Shown one piece after another: positions 20,844-33,800 of a stretch of DNA of 64,000 nucleotides (position 1 is the first letter of the stretch; every line of letters begins with the position of its first letter). This DNA comes from Zancudomyces culisetae HAW-14-8 (taxonomy: Eukaryota; Fungi; Kickxellomycota), in contig JBNJNM010000021.1 in assembly GCA_052426225.1 (NCBI GenBank), positions 2,170,001-2,234,000 on the forward strand. Reading direction: 5' to 3'. Below the pieces are notes generated by a model. It had not been told where the DNA came from. It did not search any database and saw only the letters and a program-made list of their open reading frames with translations. The translations under genes were made by a program, and so were the position numbers.

Positions 20844-23820
20844 TTAGTTCAAGTAGGTTTTTTCTAATTTAATTCGGTCTGAGATTTGGATCCTCGTTCA
20901 ACATAATCTGTCCAAAAATTGTGCCGTTACCAGCTCAACCAAAGACGGTGCTTCGGTTTCTCTCTTCTTAACGGAGAGAGTAACCATTCTTTTTGACTCA
21001 CCTCCAAGGAATTCTACCTACAAAAAAATCTCGCCATCCTTCACTACTACCTCTCTCCTCACTTTGTATAATTGTCATGTCTGGGATACGTTCCAGAGTT
21101 TTATACCTAACTCCAGCGAGTATTTACAGTCCAGTAACATGTGTTCAATGGTTTCTGCGCTGTTTTTTTTTTACAAAATGGGCACCTGGTCTTGAACTTT
21201 TCATCTACTGTCTCCAACTTTGCCAGGCTCTCTGCTGTCCAGAACCTACCTGTTCTTATTCTCCCTATCTCCATAAGCCCTTGCTTATGCTCAGGGTATA
21301 TAAGTTGTAGGTAAATCCAATTGCTCATTCCCTCGAGATTCCTGTCTAATAACCATCTCGAGATTTTAGATTTGTCATTACGAGAGTATCGTTCTAATAG
21401 TACGCTTCTCGCTGTTTTGTCCGACCCAATATATTTTTTCATACATTTTTTCGTCCCCTAACCCAAGTGTTGGATCTGTTTGACATTGGGTTTAAAATTA
21501 AATCTGCAATCCATGTTTTCAGTGTCGGCCATTTCAGAATTGCTCTTTCCCGTGCCGCACTAGCTTTTAAATTTACTGTGGGAATTCCCAGTTCATTTCG
21601 CAATCTATTCAATGCTGCAGATTTACCCGCTCTCATCATCGTTCGCATCGCATTGTCAATTACTGTCTGAATTTTCTTGCTTCGAATTTCGCTCATTCCA
21701 AATAGTTCGCCTCCGTACCCTCCTATGGGTAGCAAAACTGCTTGTATAAATTTGCATCTTATTGCAATTGGTATCCTTTATTTTTTAAAAACGAATAAGC
21801 TCCAAAAAAAGCCTTTTCAGTTTTTTTAATATTATTATTAATTGTTTCTGACGATTCCCACTTGTCATTGAAAATTAATCCCAAATACATATATCTCTTA
21901 ACGATTGGAACAAAATTTTTTTGAATCTTAAATGAAAATTTTTTTTCTGTGTTAATTGCCATAGTTCCACATTTTCCAGCGTTTACTGTCATTTCAAATT
22001 TTTCAGCCCATTCACTAATAATATTTAAAGATATTTCCATATCTACTGGTGTTTCAGCTAGCACCACTAGGTCGTCAGCAAAAAGCAAGCCCGGTACCCT
22101 AGTAGGTAATAGACGTTCCACATTAGGTAGGCCTGGTACTGTTACCCCTTTTATGTTATTAAATATATTGTTAATGTATACATCAAATAGAAACGGTGAC
22201 AACGGGCAACCTTGTCTAACTCCGCAATCATAGTTTACGACTGGGGACAATTCCCCTCCGACTCGAACGCACATTTTAGGTGCTTTATATAATCCCTTTA
22301 TAAGTTTCAGGTAATTTTTTCTTATTCCAGCAGCCTTTAGTTTAGTTAGTAGTGCTTCCTGGGGCACTTTATCATAGGCTTTTGCAAAGTCAATAAACGC
22401 TATCCATGTTTCTTGTTTGTTCAATTTTCTTCTTCTGACAATTTCATAAAGAGTTGTTGCTTGCGCTACACACTCTTCACGGCTGCGAAAGCCTGCTTGT
22501 TCCTTTGCTAACAGCTTCACTCTGTTATCCTCCTTGTTGAGTCTTGTTGCAACTATCTTTGCAACAAGTTTAACCATGGTTGGAATGAGTGAAATGCCCC
22601 GATAGTTGTTGGGGTCTGTAAGGTCCCCCTTTTTGGGCACCGGTACAACTATACTGGTACACCACCTCGTTGGGATTTCTCCTTTGTGAACATCCACCTT
22701 ACTATTCCGAATACCGCTAGTGCTAACGGTGAGGTCGGTTCCTCCTCATCCTGTACCAGCTTCCATATTTCGTTTGGGTTCCCGTCTATCCCTGCTGCTT
22801 TGTTGTTTGGGGTATCTTTTAGAACTTCCCTAATTTCATCCCACCTTATTTCATCTGCACAGCCTTCTACATCCTGTAGTTGCTCTAATTCCATTTCCTC
22901 CCATTTTTCTGGGTTTCTGCTATTGCCCGTGAGGTCTTTAGCAAGATCCCCGAAATGATCCGCCCAGATTCTTTTTTTGATTTCTTCCTCTGTGACCACC
23001 TCTCCTAGTTTATTTTGGATCGGTCCACTACTTATACTACTTGTTATCCTTCCTGTTCTTGTTTTAATCCAGCTCCATAGTTGCTTCGGTTTGTTCTGGG
23101 TTAGGTACATACTCGCTCTTTCTATATCCTTTATGTAAGCCTTCCGCATATCTCTTTTTATTTTCTTGTTTCTTTCTCTTTTACACTAATAAACTTTTTC
23201 TCTACTGAATCATCATTCAAAAGTTTTTTATATAGTGCTCTTCTTTTCTTGATTATCCTGATTGTGTTTTTTGATAATATTTTTGTTGTGTTTTCGGGTC
23301 TATTTCCCACTTCGTCGTATTCTTCGGCTGATTCTTTTACTGCTACTTCCAGTTCTTCGGCCATTTTTTCCGTATCATCTAAGGCCATCAGCGCTGAAAA
23401 CCGATTATTGGTTTTGAATTCTACCGCGTTTTCTATGATAGCCTTAATATTCATCTTACTCTTCTTTTTCTCAGCCTTTAACTGCTTCATTGACCACTTT
23501 GCCTGAACTGGCAAATGGTCTGATAAGTCGAGTGACTTGTCTACCTTGCAGCTTTCTGGTCTTTCTTGGAACCCTGAATAAAAGATGTGATCGATCATCC
23601 GGCCCATCTTTCTCCCTACTCTCCTTGTTCCTGTCGCATTGGTGATTATTGCCTGGTTAAATGATATACCAGTCTTTGTCATTAATGCAGTAGCTCCTCT
23701 CTTATCCATATTAAAGTCCCCTAGAACTACCGTTTTAATTTCTTTATTGTTATTCTTTAGCTTTCTAAGATGTTCCATGAGTGTTTCCTTCGCTCGTTTT
23801 CTTCTTGGTCCTGCTGATGG
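20844..23820 (-). pseudogene. LINE ORF2, 3' part: end of endonuclease, RT and zinc finger, with several frameshifts
   Basis: VVLGDFN, IDHIF, SDHLPV; NYRGISL, QAGFR, FIDFAKAYDKV, GVRQGCPLSP, LLFADD; RCPFC; spread over five or more ORF fragments. Confidence 0.88.
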
Positions 23821-24231
23821 TGTCATGAACTGATTCTAGAATGTTCGAAAACGTTCTAGAATCATTTGATTTTATTCCGCAGTAATGTTTAGAATGTTCC
23901 CCAACATTCTAGAACATTACCGAAAATTCACATTATTTCTTAATTTTTCTTACGTAATAATTTTCACATGTTTAATTTTATTAGCATTCGAGTTTGATTT
24001 TTGTTTGATTACTAATCCAATTTGATTAGTAATCAAACACGTTTTTCTTTAGCTTGCATATTTAGTTATTCCGCAGTTTTCTAGTGATTTTGTTCAAAAA
24101 CCAAGGCTGGAAAAAAGTATAAAAAGGGTACAATTTTCCTGTCTTGGATTCAGTATCTAGTATCTTGTATACATTCATACAATAAACTTTAATAATAATA
24201 AATATAACTCTCCTGACTCCAGATCTTGACA
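23821..24231 (+). repeat. LTR 1 of element D
   Basis: TGTCA...TGACA; TATAAAAA at 24118. Confidence 0.96.
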
Positions 24232-24291
24232 CTATACTAGATCAAAATATTATATTTATTATTTTCTGACACCAGCCTAAGTATTTTAACC

Positions 24292-25512
24292 ATGGAACCG
24301 TTTAGCCCAGAACAAGTTGAATTCCTCAACAAAGCCGCCGTGACCCTGCCAGCAGTTGAAGACGCCCTCCAGCAACTACTAATAAGAGTAGAAAAAGCCG
24401 AGTCTGCCATCAAGGAACACCCTGCCACAGTATCCAAGAAAATTTATGACAAGGTCAAAGCAGACACCACCAAGTCCATCCAGACCATTCTTGACTCCAT
24501 GAAAAACCTCCAGTCCGATATCCAGAATTCAGACCAGCTGACCCAAAGCGCCATACAGGCCAACCAGTTGGAAATCCAATCCCTTCAGGACCAGCTCAGT
24601 ACCCTCAGGAACGAAGTCATACTTTTTATAACTGAAAACCGTGCCACCAAAGTTGCTAGTACTTCTGAACCTAGTATCAAAGTAAGACACCCAGACACAT
24701 TTTCAGGAAAACCCTCCGCCTGTTCCAACTTCTTTTCACAGCTTGCTCTCGTCTTTGCCGCTTCACCCGACAAATTCAACACTGACTCAAGTAAAGTCTT
24801 GTATGCCATCTCCTACCTCTCAGGCACACCATTCAGTTACATGGAACCTTACCTCATGAAAGCAAACCTTCCAGAGTCTGACCGTCCTGCCATCCTCTCC
24901 AACTACAATCTGTTTAAAGAAACTATCACTCGTGCCTTTGGTGATCCCAACCCTATTGAGAATGCTGATAGGGCAATCCGCCAACTCCGCCAAACCACTT
25001 CCGTTGCCGCATATGCCACCGAGTTTAGACGCCTACAGATGTTAATTGACTGGAACCAACCACCACTTATCTCACAGTTTCTATCCGGTCTCAAGTACAA
25101 CGTATCCCAAGAACTCAACCGTAGAGAACCAATAGAAGACATCGATACCCTGATCTCTACAGCCATCCAGATCGACAACCGCCTCTTCAGCCATCCACAA
25201 CGTCGTCAACCTCCAGTTAACCCCACTGCAACTATGCCACCCAAACCCACTGCTTACAACCCGTTTGCTTCACCTGTTTCTGCACCATCTACCACTCCAC
25301 CAGCTAATAGTGATGGACCTCAACCAATGGATCTCAGTACCGCTTCATCGACTAGAAGACCACCACTTACTTCTGCTCAAAGAGCATACCGTATCGAAAA
25401 CAACCTCTGTCTCTATTGTGGCGGTAATGACCATTTCAACATCAACTGTCCAAAGAAACGCCACAACATCTCCAGCATTACACCAACACAGGAAAACGAC
25501 ACCGCCCAGTAG
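24292..25512 (+). CDS. gag: Element D Gag, copy 1 (N-terminal coiled coil, capsid, zinc knuckle)
   Basis: PDTFSGK, LRQTTSVAAYATEF, PQPMDLS, CLYCGGNDHFNINC. Confidence 0.95.
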   Translation: MEPFSPEQVEFLNKAAVTLPAVEDALQQLLIRVEKAESAIKEHPATVSKKIYDKVKADTTKSIQTILDSMKNLQSDIQNSDQLTQSAIQANQLEIQSLQDQLSTLRNEVILFITENRATKVASTSEPSIKVRHPDTFSGKPSACSNFFSQLALVFAASPDKFNTDSSKVLYAISYLSGTPFSYMEPYLMKANLPESDRPAILSNYNLFKETITRAFGDPNPIENADRAIRQLRQTTSVAAYATEFRRLQMLIDWNQPPLISQFLSGLKYNVSQELNRREPIEDIDTLISTAIQIDNRLFSHPQRRQPPVNPTATMPPKPTAYNPFASPVSAPSTTPPANSDGPQPMDLSTASSTRRPPLTSAQRAYRIENNLCLYCGGNDHFNINCPKKRHNISSITPTQENDTAQ

Positions 25513-28500
25513 ACAGTAAGGGACACCTATTGGGCAACTTAGCCAGTCCCCACGCCACTGTAACCACTCCTGTTTCTGACACCCAATCTCCTGATAAACC
25601 AAACACCTTGACCATTCCTGTAACCATCTTGTCCAAGCACCACCACATCAAAACCTACGCTATGGTTGATTCTGGTGCTTCGTCCTCGTTCATTGACGCC
25701 ACCTTTGCTCTAAAAAACAATCTACCATCTATATCTAGAAAAATGACAATCACGCTCGCTGACGGATCAAAGCTTAGATCCAACTCTGCCTCCCAAGTAA
25801 CACTAAAAATCAATGATAACCATCTCGAAAGTATCTATCTGCAACAACTAGATCTTGGATCTTCACCAATCATCCTTGGTCTTTCCTGGCTTCAACAACA
25901 CAATCCTGACATCAACTGGACTGAGAACATAGTCCATCTGCCTTGTACCTTGACTTCTTGTGGGCCCAACCATGTCAACCTAGACATCTCTCTTGTGGGC
26001 TCAAACCAGTTTAAAGAACATCTGAAGGCACCAGACACTGTCTATGCTGGTGCAATTACCGTGAACAATCTTGAATCCCTTGTAGCTCCTGAATCCTGTG
26101 AAAATCTCTGTCTTGTCTCTGAATCTAATCCTGAAACCCCTGTTACTCCTGTAATCCCTGAAAAGTATAAAATGTTTGAATCTGTCTTCTCTGAATCCCA
26201 ATCTGCCAAACTACCTGAACACCGTTCATATGATCATACCATTCCTTTGCTTCCTGACTCAAAGATACCATATGGCCCATTGTACAACCTCTCCCAATTG
26301 GAACTAAAGACCCTGTACGACTACATTCAGGAAAACCTAGCCAATGGTTTTATCCAACGCTCTGAATCCCCGGCTGGGGCTCCCGTCCTATTTGTAAAAA
26401 AGAAAGATGGTAGTCTCCGGTTGTGCGTCGACTATAGAGCCCTGAATAAGATCACTGTCCCCAACCGTGCAGCCTTGCCACTCATCTCTGAAACCTTGGA
26501 TCGGCTTGGCAAAGCCAAGATATTCACCAAGCTGGATATGAAATCCGCATACCACATGATCAGGATCTCGCCTGGTGAAGAATGGAAGACCGCGTTTCGT
26601 ACACGCTACGGCCACTTCGAGTATAAGGTCATGCCGTTTGGCCTTATGAATGCTCCAGCCACGTTCCAGTCCTTTGTTAACGATCTCTTCCGTGAATACA
26701 TTGATCAACTCCTTGTTGTGTACATCGATGATCTGTTAATCTACTCAGATGATATCGATAAGCACTATGACCACGTCTGCCTTGTCTTGAAGAAGCTTCA
26801 GGAACACAATCTCACCCTCAAGCTAATGAAATGTGAGTTTGATGTACAATCAGTACAGTTCCTCGGTTTTGTAATTGGCCCCAACGGAATCTCTATGGAT
26901 CCATCTAAAGTATCCAGCGTCACCGAATGGAAGACACCAACTTGTGTCCGTGACGTTCAGGTATTCCTTGGCCTTACAAACTTCTACCGCCGTTTTATTC
27001 TGAACTACTCCAAGATATCTCTGCCGCTCACCGCCTTGTTGAAAAAAGGTGTCCAATTCCAGTGGACACCCAAAGCTGAAGAAGCTTTCGCCTTGCTAAA
27101 AAAAACCATGATCAGTAACCCAGTCTTAGCTCACTACAATCCTGACCAGCCTTGTATCATCGAAACCGATGCATCAGATTTTGCATTAGGTGCCATTTGC
27201 AGCCAGTATGACAACGAGGGACAACTCCACCCTGTTGCATACTACTCCCGGAAACTCCTGCCTGCTGAAGTGAATTATCAAATCTATGATAAGGAACTGT
27301 TAGCAATTATCGACGCTTTTGCTCACTGGCGCCACTACCTTGAATTTTCTGTACACCCAACCGTTGTTATGACCGACCATAAAAACTTGGAATACTTCTC
27401 CACTACCAGAAATCTTAGTCGCCGCCAAGTCAGATGGTCAGAATACCTCAGTAACTTCAACTTTGTCATCAAGTACCGCCCTGGAAAACAGAACACTGCC
27501 GCCGATGCTCTTTCTCGGAAAGACCAACCTTGGAAGGGGGGTGACTCCCGTACTGACCAAAACAAAATAACTTTGCTGCCTCCTGAAATCTTCTTGAAGT
27601 CCATGACTAGTACACCTGTTGAACCTTTGTCCTCCACGCTCATGAACAACATCAAGTCACTACAACCCAAAGACACGTACTTTGGACCCATTTACACTGA
27701 CTTATCCAAGAAACCTGATTCCCATGAAAAGTACACTCTTGTTGACAATCTTCTGCACTATGATGGACTAATCTGTATCCCCTCGGACGACAACATCAAA
27801 AGAACTATCCTGATTGAATGCCATGATTCCCCTGCTGCCGGCCACTTTGGAAATGCAAAGACATACGAACTTGTATCTCGCAACTTTTACTGGCCAACCA
27901 TGAGAAAATATATCAAAGACTACATCTCTGGTTGCGATACCTGTCAACGCAACAAATCCTCTCGCCATAAACCATATGGCTACCTCGCTCCACTTCCCGT
28001 TCCTGATTCACCTTGGTCATCTGTTTCTGTCGACTTCATCACTCAGCTACCTCCATCCAATAACTTTACTGCAATCTGTGTATTTGTGGATCGCCTTACC
28101 AAGATGGCGCATTTTGTTCCCACAACCAATGAAATTGATGCTGAAGGTACTGCAGATCTGTTTATCCAACATGTCTTCTGCAAACATGGGCTCCCTAAAG
28201 ACATCGTATCTGATAGAGGTGTAACCTTCAACTCATCATTCATGCGTACTCTAATGAAATCACTGAATATTGAACAGAAAATGTCCACCGCATTCCATCC
28301 TCAGACAGATGGACAAACTGAACGCGTAAACTCTGTATTGGAACAGTATCTCAGGTGCTACATTGATTACCAACAAACTGATTGGTCAAAGTGGTTACCA
28401 ATTGCCGAATTCGCCTACAACAACACATCTCATGCTTCTACTAAGACCACACCTTTCTACGCAAACTATGGCTTCCATCCACGCTTCTCAGTCACAATTC

Positions 28501-29108
28501 CTCGTACTCAAGTTTTAAATCCTGCTTCCTCTGATAGATCTAAACTACTATATGATATCCATCAAGAACTAAAATTTAACATCTCCCTTGCCCTTGAAGA
28601 CCATGAGAAATACTACAACCGAAAAGTATCATCACAACCTGACTTCAACATTGGTGATCTTGTCTATCTCTCAACTAAAAACATCAGGACTCAAAGACCA
28701 AGCAAGAAGCTTGACTATCGGAAACTTGGCCCATTCAAAGTATTGGAAAAGATTGGACAAAGATCATACAAACTCCAGCTACCACACACAATGAAGATTC
28801 ACCCAGTATTCCACGTCAATCTCCTTGAACCTTGTAAACCAGATCTGATCCCAGACAGACTATCAAAACCGCTTCCACCTGTGATCATTGACGGTCAAGA
28901 AGAATATGAAGTTGAGAAAATCCTAGATAGTAAAATATTTGGTAGAACTGTCAAATACCTGGTACACTGGAAAGGATACCCAAACACTGAACGTACCTGG
29001 CAAACATATTCTGACTTAGCAAATGCAAAATATCTTGTCACTGAATTCCATCGTCACCATCCTGAAAAACCAAAGCCAACACAAATGCTTCACGGAGCTC
29101 AGCCTTAA
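25491..29108 (+). CDS. pol: Element D Pol, copy 1 (-1 frame relative to gag)
   Basis: MVDSGA, YIDD, ETDASD, HHCC, DDE, GPF, chromodomain. Confidence 0.95.
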   Translation, partial: GKRHRPVDSKGHLLGNLASPHATVTTPVSDTQSPDKPNTLTIPVTILSKHHHIKTYAMVDSGASSSFIDATFALKNNLPSISRKMTITLADGSKLRSNSASQVTLKINDNHLESIYLQQLDLGSSPIILGLSWLQQHNPDINWTENIVHLPCTLTSCGPNHVNLDISLVGSNQFKEHLKAPDTVYAGAITVNNLESLVAPESCENLCLVSESNPETPVTPVIPEKYKMFESVFSESQSAKLPEHRSYDHTIPLLPDSKIPYGPLYNLSQLELKTLYDYIQENLANGFIQRSESPAGAPVLFVKKKDGSLRLCVDYRALNKITVPNRAALPLISETLDRLGKAKIFTKLDMKSAYHMIRISPGEEWKTAFRTRYGHFEYKVMPFGLMNAPATFQSFVNDLFREYIDQLLVVYIDDLLIYSDDIDKHYDHVCLVLKKLQEHNLTLKLMKCEFDVQSVQFLGFVIGPNGISMDPSKVSSVTEWKTPTCVRDVQVFLGLTNFYRRFILNYSKISLPLTALLKKGVQFQWTPKAEEAFALLKKTMISNPVLAHYNPDQPCIIETDASDFALGAICSQYDNEGQLHPVAYYSRKLLPAEVNYQIYDKELLAIIDAFAHWRHYLEFSVHPTVVMTDHKNLEYFSTTRNLSRRQVRWSEYLSNFNFVIKYRPGKQNTAADALSRKDQPWKGGDSRTDQNKITLLPPEIFLKSMTSTPVEPLSSTLMNNIKSLQPKDTYFGPIYTDLSKKPDSHEKYTLVDNLLHYDGLICIPSDDNIKRTILIECHDSPAAGHFGNAKTYELVSRNFYWPTMRKYIKDYISGCDTCQRNKSSRHKPYGYLAPLPVPDSPWSSVSVDFITQLPPSNNFTAICVFVDRLTKMAHFVPTTNEIDAEGTADLFIQHVFCKHGLPKDIVSDRGVTFNSSFMRTLMKSLNIEQKMSTAFHPQTDGQTERVNSVLEQYLRCYIDYQQTDWSKWLPIAEFAYNNTSHASTKTTPFYANYGFHPRFSVTIPRTQVLNPASSDRSKLLYDIHQELKFNISLALEDHEKYYNRKVSSQPDFNIGDLVYLSTKNIRTQRPSKKLDYRKLGPFKVLEKIGQRSYKLQLPHTMKIHPVFHVNLLEPCKPDLIPDRLSKPLPPVIIDGQEEYEVEKILDSKIFGRTVKYLVHWKGYPNTERTWQTYSDLANAKYLVTEFHRHHPEKPKPTQMLHGAQP

Positions 29109-29120
29109 GAGGGGAGGTCG

Positions 29121-29531
29121 TGTCATGAACTGATTCTAGAATGTTCGAAAACGTTCTAGAATCATTTGATTTTATTCCGCAGTAATGTTTAGAATGTTCC
29201 CCAACATTCTAGAACATTACCGAAAATTCACATTATTTCTTAATTTTTCTTACGTAATAATTTTCACATGTTTAATTTTATTAGCATTCGAGTTTGATTT
29301 TTGTTTGATTACTAATCCAATTTGATTAGTAATCAAACACGTTTTTCTTTAGCTTGCATATTTAGTTATTCCGCAGTTTTCTAGTGATTTTGTTCAAAAA
29401 CCAAGGCTGGAAAAAAGTATAAAAAGGGTACAATTTTCCTGTCTTGGATTCAGTATCTAGTATCTTGTATACATTCATACAATAAACTTTAATAATAATA
29501 AATATAACTCTCCTGACTCCAGATCTTGACA
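29121..29531 (+). repeat. Shared middle LTR of element D
   Basis: Preceded by PPT and followed by the same PBS/leader as LTR 1. Confidence 0.96.
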
Positions 29532-29591
29532 CTATACTAGATCAAAATATTATATTTATTATTTTCTGACACCAGCCTAAGTATTTTAACC

Positions 29592-30812
29592 ATGGAACCG
29601 TTTAGCCCAGAACAAGTTGAATTCCTCAACAAAGCCGCCGTGACCCTGCCAGCAGTTGAAGACGCCCTCCAGCAACTACTAATAAGAGTAGAAAAAGCCG
29701 AGTCTGCCATCAAGGAACACCCTGCCACAGTATCCAAGAAAATTTATGACAAGGTCAAAGCAGACACCACCAAGTCCATCCAGACCATTCTTGACTCCAT
29801 GAAAAACCTCCAGTCCGATATCCAGAATTCAGACCAGCTGACCCAAAGCGCCATACAGGCCAACCAGTTGGAAATCCAATCCCTTCAGGACCAGCTCAGT
29901 ACCCTCAGGAACGAAGTCATACTTTTTATAACTGAAAACCGTGCCACCAAAGTTGCTAGTACTTCTGAACCTAGTATCAAAGTAAGACACCCAGACACAT
30001 TTTCAGGAAAACCCTCCGCCTGTTCCAACTTCTTTTCACAGCTTGCTCTCGTCTTTGCCGCTTCACCCGACAAATTCAACACTGACTCAAGTAAAGTCTT
30101 GTATGCCATCTCCTACCTCTCAGGCACACCATTCAGTTACATGGAACCTTACCTCATGAAAGCAAACCTTCCAGAGTCTGACCGTCCTGCCATCCTCTCC
30201 AACTACAATCTGTTTAAAGAAACTATCACTCGTGCCTTTGGTGATCCCAACCCTATTGAGAATGCTGATAGGGCAATCCGCCAACTCCGCCAAACCACTT
30301 CCGTTGCCGCATATGCCACCGAGTTTAGACGCCTACAGATGTTAATTGACTGGAACCAACCACCACTTATCTCACAGTTTCTATCCGGTCTCAAGTACAA
30401 CGTATCCCAAGAACTCAACCGTAGAGAACCAATAGAAGACATCGATACCCTGATCTCTACAGCCATCCAGATCGACAACCGCCTCTTCAGCCATCCACAA
30501 CGTCGTCAACCTCCAGTTAACCCCACTGCAACTATGCCACCCAAACCCACTGCTTACAACCCGTTTGCTTCACCTGTTTCTGCACCATCTACCACTCCAC
30601 CAGCTAATAGTGATGGACCTCAACCAATGGATCTCAGTACCGCTTCATCGACTAGAAGACCACCACTTACTTCTGCTCAAAGAGCATACCGTATCGAAAA
30701 CAACCTCTGTCTCTATTGTGGCGGTAATGACCATTTCAACATCAACTGTCCAAAGAAACGCCACAACATCTCCAGCATTACACCAACACAGGAAAACGAC
30801 ACCGCCCAGTAG
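29592..30812 (+). CDS. gag: Element D Gag, copy 2
   Basis: Same translation as copy 1. Confidence 0.95.
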   Translation: MEPFSPEQVEFLNKAAVTLPAVEDALQQLLIRVEKAESAIKEHPATVSKKIYDKVKADTTKSIQTILDSMKNLQSDIQNSDQLTQSAIQANQLEIQSLQDQLSTLRNEVILFITENRATKVASTSEPSIKVRHPDTFSGKPSACSNFFSQLALVFAASPDKFNTDSSKVLYAISYLSGTPFSYMEPYLMKANLPESDRPAILSNYNLFKETITRAFGDPNPIENADRAIRQLRQTTSVAAYATEFRRLQMLIDWNQPPLISQFLSGLKYNVSQELNRREPIEDIDTLISTAIQIDNRLFSHPQRRQPPVNPTATMPPKPTAYNPFASPVSAPSTTPPANSDGPQPMDLSTASSTRRPPLTSAQRAYRIENNLCLYCGGNDHFNINCPKKRHNISSITPTQENDTAQ

Positions 30813-33800
30813 ACAGTAAGGGACACCTATTGGGCAACTTAGCCAGTCCCCACGCCACTGTAACCACTCCTGTTTCTGACACCCAATCTCCTGATAAACC
30901 AAACACCTTGACCATTCCTGTAACCATCTTGTCCAAGCACCACCACATCAAAACCTACGCTATGGTTGATTCTGGTGCTTCGTCCTCGTTCATTGACGCC
31001 ACCTTTGCTCTAAAAAACAATCTACCATCTATATCTAGAAAAATGACAATCACGCTCGCTGACGGATCAAAGCTTAGATCCAACTCTGCCTCCCAAGTAA
31101 CACTAAAAATCAATGATAACCATCTCGAAAGTATCTATCTGCAACAACTAGATCTTGGATCTTCACCAATCATCCTTGGTCTTTCCTGGCTTCAACAACA
31201 CAATCCTGACATCAACTGGACTGAGAACATAGTCCATCTGCCTTGTACCTTGACTTCTTGTGGGCCCAACCATGTCAACCTAGACATCTCTCTTGTGGGC
31301 TCAAACCAGTTTAAAGAACATCTGAAGGCACCAGACACTGTCTATGCTGGTGCAATTACCGTGAACAATCTTGAATCCCTTGTAGCTCCTGAATCCTGTG
31401 AAAATCTCTGTCTTGTCTCTGAATCTAATCCTGAAACCCCTGTTACTCCTGTAATCCCTGAAAAGTATAAAATGTTTGAATCTGTCTTCTCTGAATCCCA
31501 ATCTGCCAAACTACCTGAACACCGTTCATATGATCATACCATTCCTTTGCTTCCTGACTCAAAGATACCATATGGCCCATTGTACAACCTCTCCCAATTG
31601 GAACTAAAGACCCTGTACGACTACATTCAGGAAAACCTAGCCAATGGTTTTATCCAACGCTCTGAATCCCCGGCTGGGGCTCCCGTCCTATTTGTAAAAA
31701 AGAAAGATGGTAGTCTCCGGTTGTGCGTCGACTATAGAGCCCTGAATAAGATCACTGTCCCCAACCGTGCAGCCTTGCCACTCATCTCTGAAACCTTGGA
31801 TCGGCTTGGCAAAGCCAAGATATTCACCAAGCTGGATATGAAATCCGCATACCACATGATCAGGATCTCGCCTGGTGAAGAATGGAAGACCGCGTTTCGT
31901 ACACGCTACGGCCACTTCGAGTATAAGGTCATGCCGTTTGGCCTTATGAATGCTCCAGCCACGTTCCAGTCCTTTGTTAACGATCTCTTCCGTGAATACA
32001 TTGATCAACTCCTTGTTGTGTACATCGATGATCTGTTAATCTACTCAGATGATATCGATAAGCACTATGACCACGTCTGCCTTGTCTTGAAGAAGCTTCA
32101 GGAACACAATCTCACCCTCAAGCTAATGAAATGTGAGTTTGATGTACAATCAGTACAGTTCCTCGGTTTTGTAATTGGCCCCAACGGAATCTCTATGGAT
32201 CCATCTAAAGTATCCAGCGTCACCGAATGGAAGACACCAACTTGTGTCCGTGACGTTCAGGTATTCCTTGGCCTTACAAACTTCTACCGCCGTTTTATTC
32301 TGAACTACTCCAAGATATCTCTGCCGCTCACCGCCTTGTTGAAAAAAGGTGTCCAATTCCAGTGGACACCCAAAGCTGAAGAAGCTTTCGCCTTGCTAAA
32401 AAAAACCATGATCAGTAACCCAGTCTTAGCTCACTACAATCCTGACCAGCCTTGTATCATCGAAACCGATGCATCAGATTTTGCATTAGGTGCCATTTGC
32501 AGCCAGTATGACAACGAGGGACAACTCCACCCTGTTGCATACTACTCCCGGAAACTCCTGCCTGCTGAAGTGAATTATCAAATCTATGATAAGGAACTGT
32601 TAGCAATTATCGACGCTTTTGCTCACTGGCGCCACTACCTTGAATTTTCTGTACACCCAACCGTTGTTATGACCGACCATAAAAACTTGGAATACTTCTC
32701 CACTACCAGAAATCTTAGTCGCCGCCAAGTCAGATGGTCAGAATACCTCAGTAACTTCAACTTTGTCATCAAGTACCGCCCTGGAAAACAGAACACTGCC
32801 GCCGATGCTCTTTCTCGGAAAGACCAACCTTGGAAGGGGGGTGACTCCCGTACTGACCAAAACAAAATAACTTTGCTGCCTCCTGAAATCTTCTTGAAGT
32901 CCATGACTAGTACACCTGTTGAACCTTTGTCCTCCACGCTCATGAACAACATCAAGTCACTACAACCCAAAGACACGTACTTTGGACCCATTTACACTGA
33001 CTTATCCAAGAAACCTGATTCCCATGAAAAGTACACTCTTGTTGACAATCTTCTGCACTATGATGGACTAATCTGTATCCCCTCGGACGACAACATCAAA
33101 AGAACTATCCTGATTGAATGCCATGATTCCCCTGCTGCCGGCCACTTTGGAAATGCAAAGACATACGAACTTGTATCTCGCAACTTTTACTGGCCAACCA
33201 TGAGAAAATATATCAAAGACTACATCTCTGGTTGCGATACCTGTCAACGCAACAAATCCTCTCGCCATAAACCATATGGCTACCTCGCTCCACTTCCCGT
33301 TCCTGATTCACCTTGGTCATCTGTTTCTGTCGACTTCATCACTCAGCTACCTCCATCCAATAACTTTACTGCAATCTGTGTATTTGTGGATCGCCTTACC
33401 AAGATGGCGCATTTTGTTCCCACAACCAATGAAATTGATGCTGAAGGTACTGCAGATCTGTTTATCCAACATGTCTTCTGCAAACATGGGCTCCCTAAAG
33501 ACATCGTATCTGATAGAGGTGTAACCTTCAACTCATCATTCATGCGTACTCTAATGAAATCACTGAATATTGAACAGAAAATGTCCACCGCATTCCATCC
33601 TCAGACAGATGGACAAACTGAACGCGTAAACTCTGTATTGGAACAGTATCTCAGGTGCTACATTGATTACCAACAAACTGATTGGTCAAAGTGGTTACCA
33701 ATTGCCGAATTCGCCTACAACAACACATCTCATGCTTCTACTAAGACCACACCTTTCTACGCAAACTATGGCTTCCATCCACGCTTCTCAGTCACAATTC

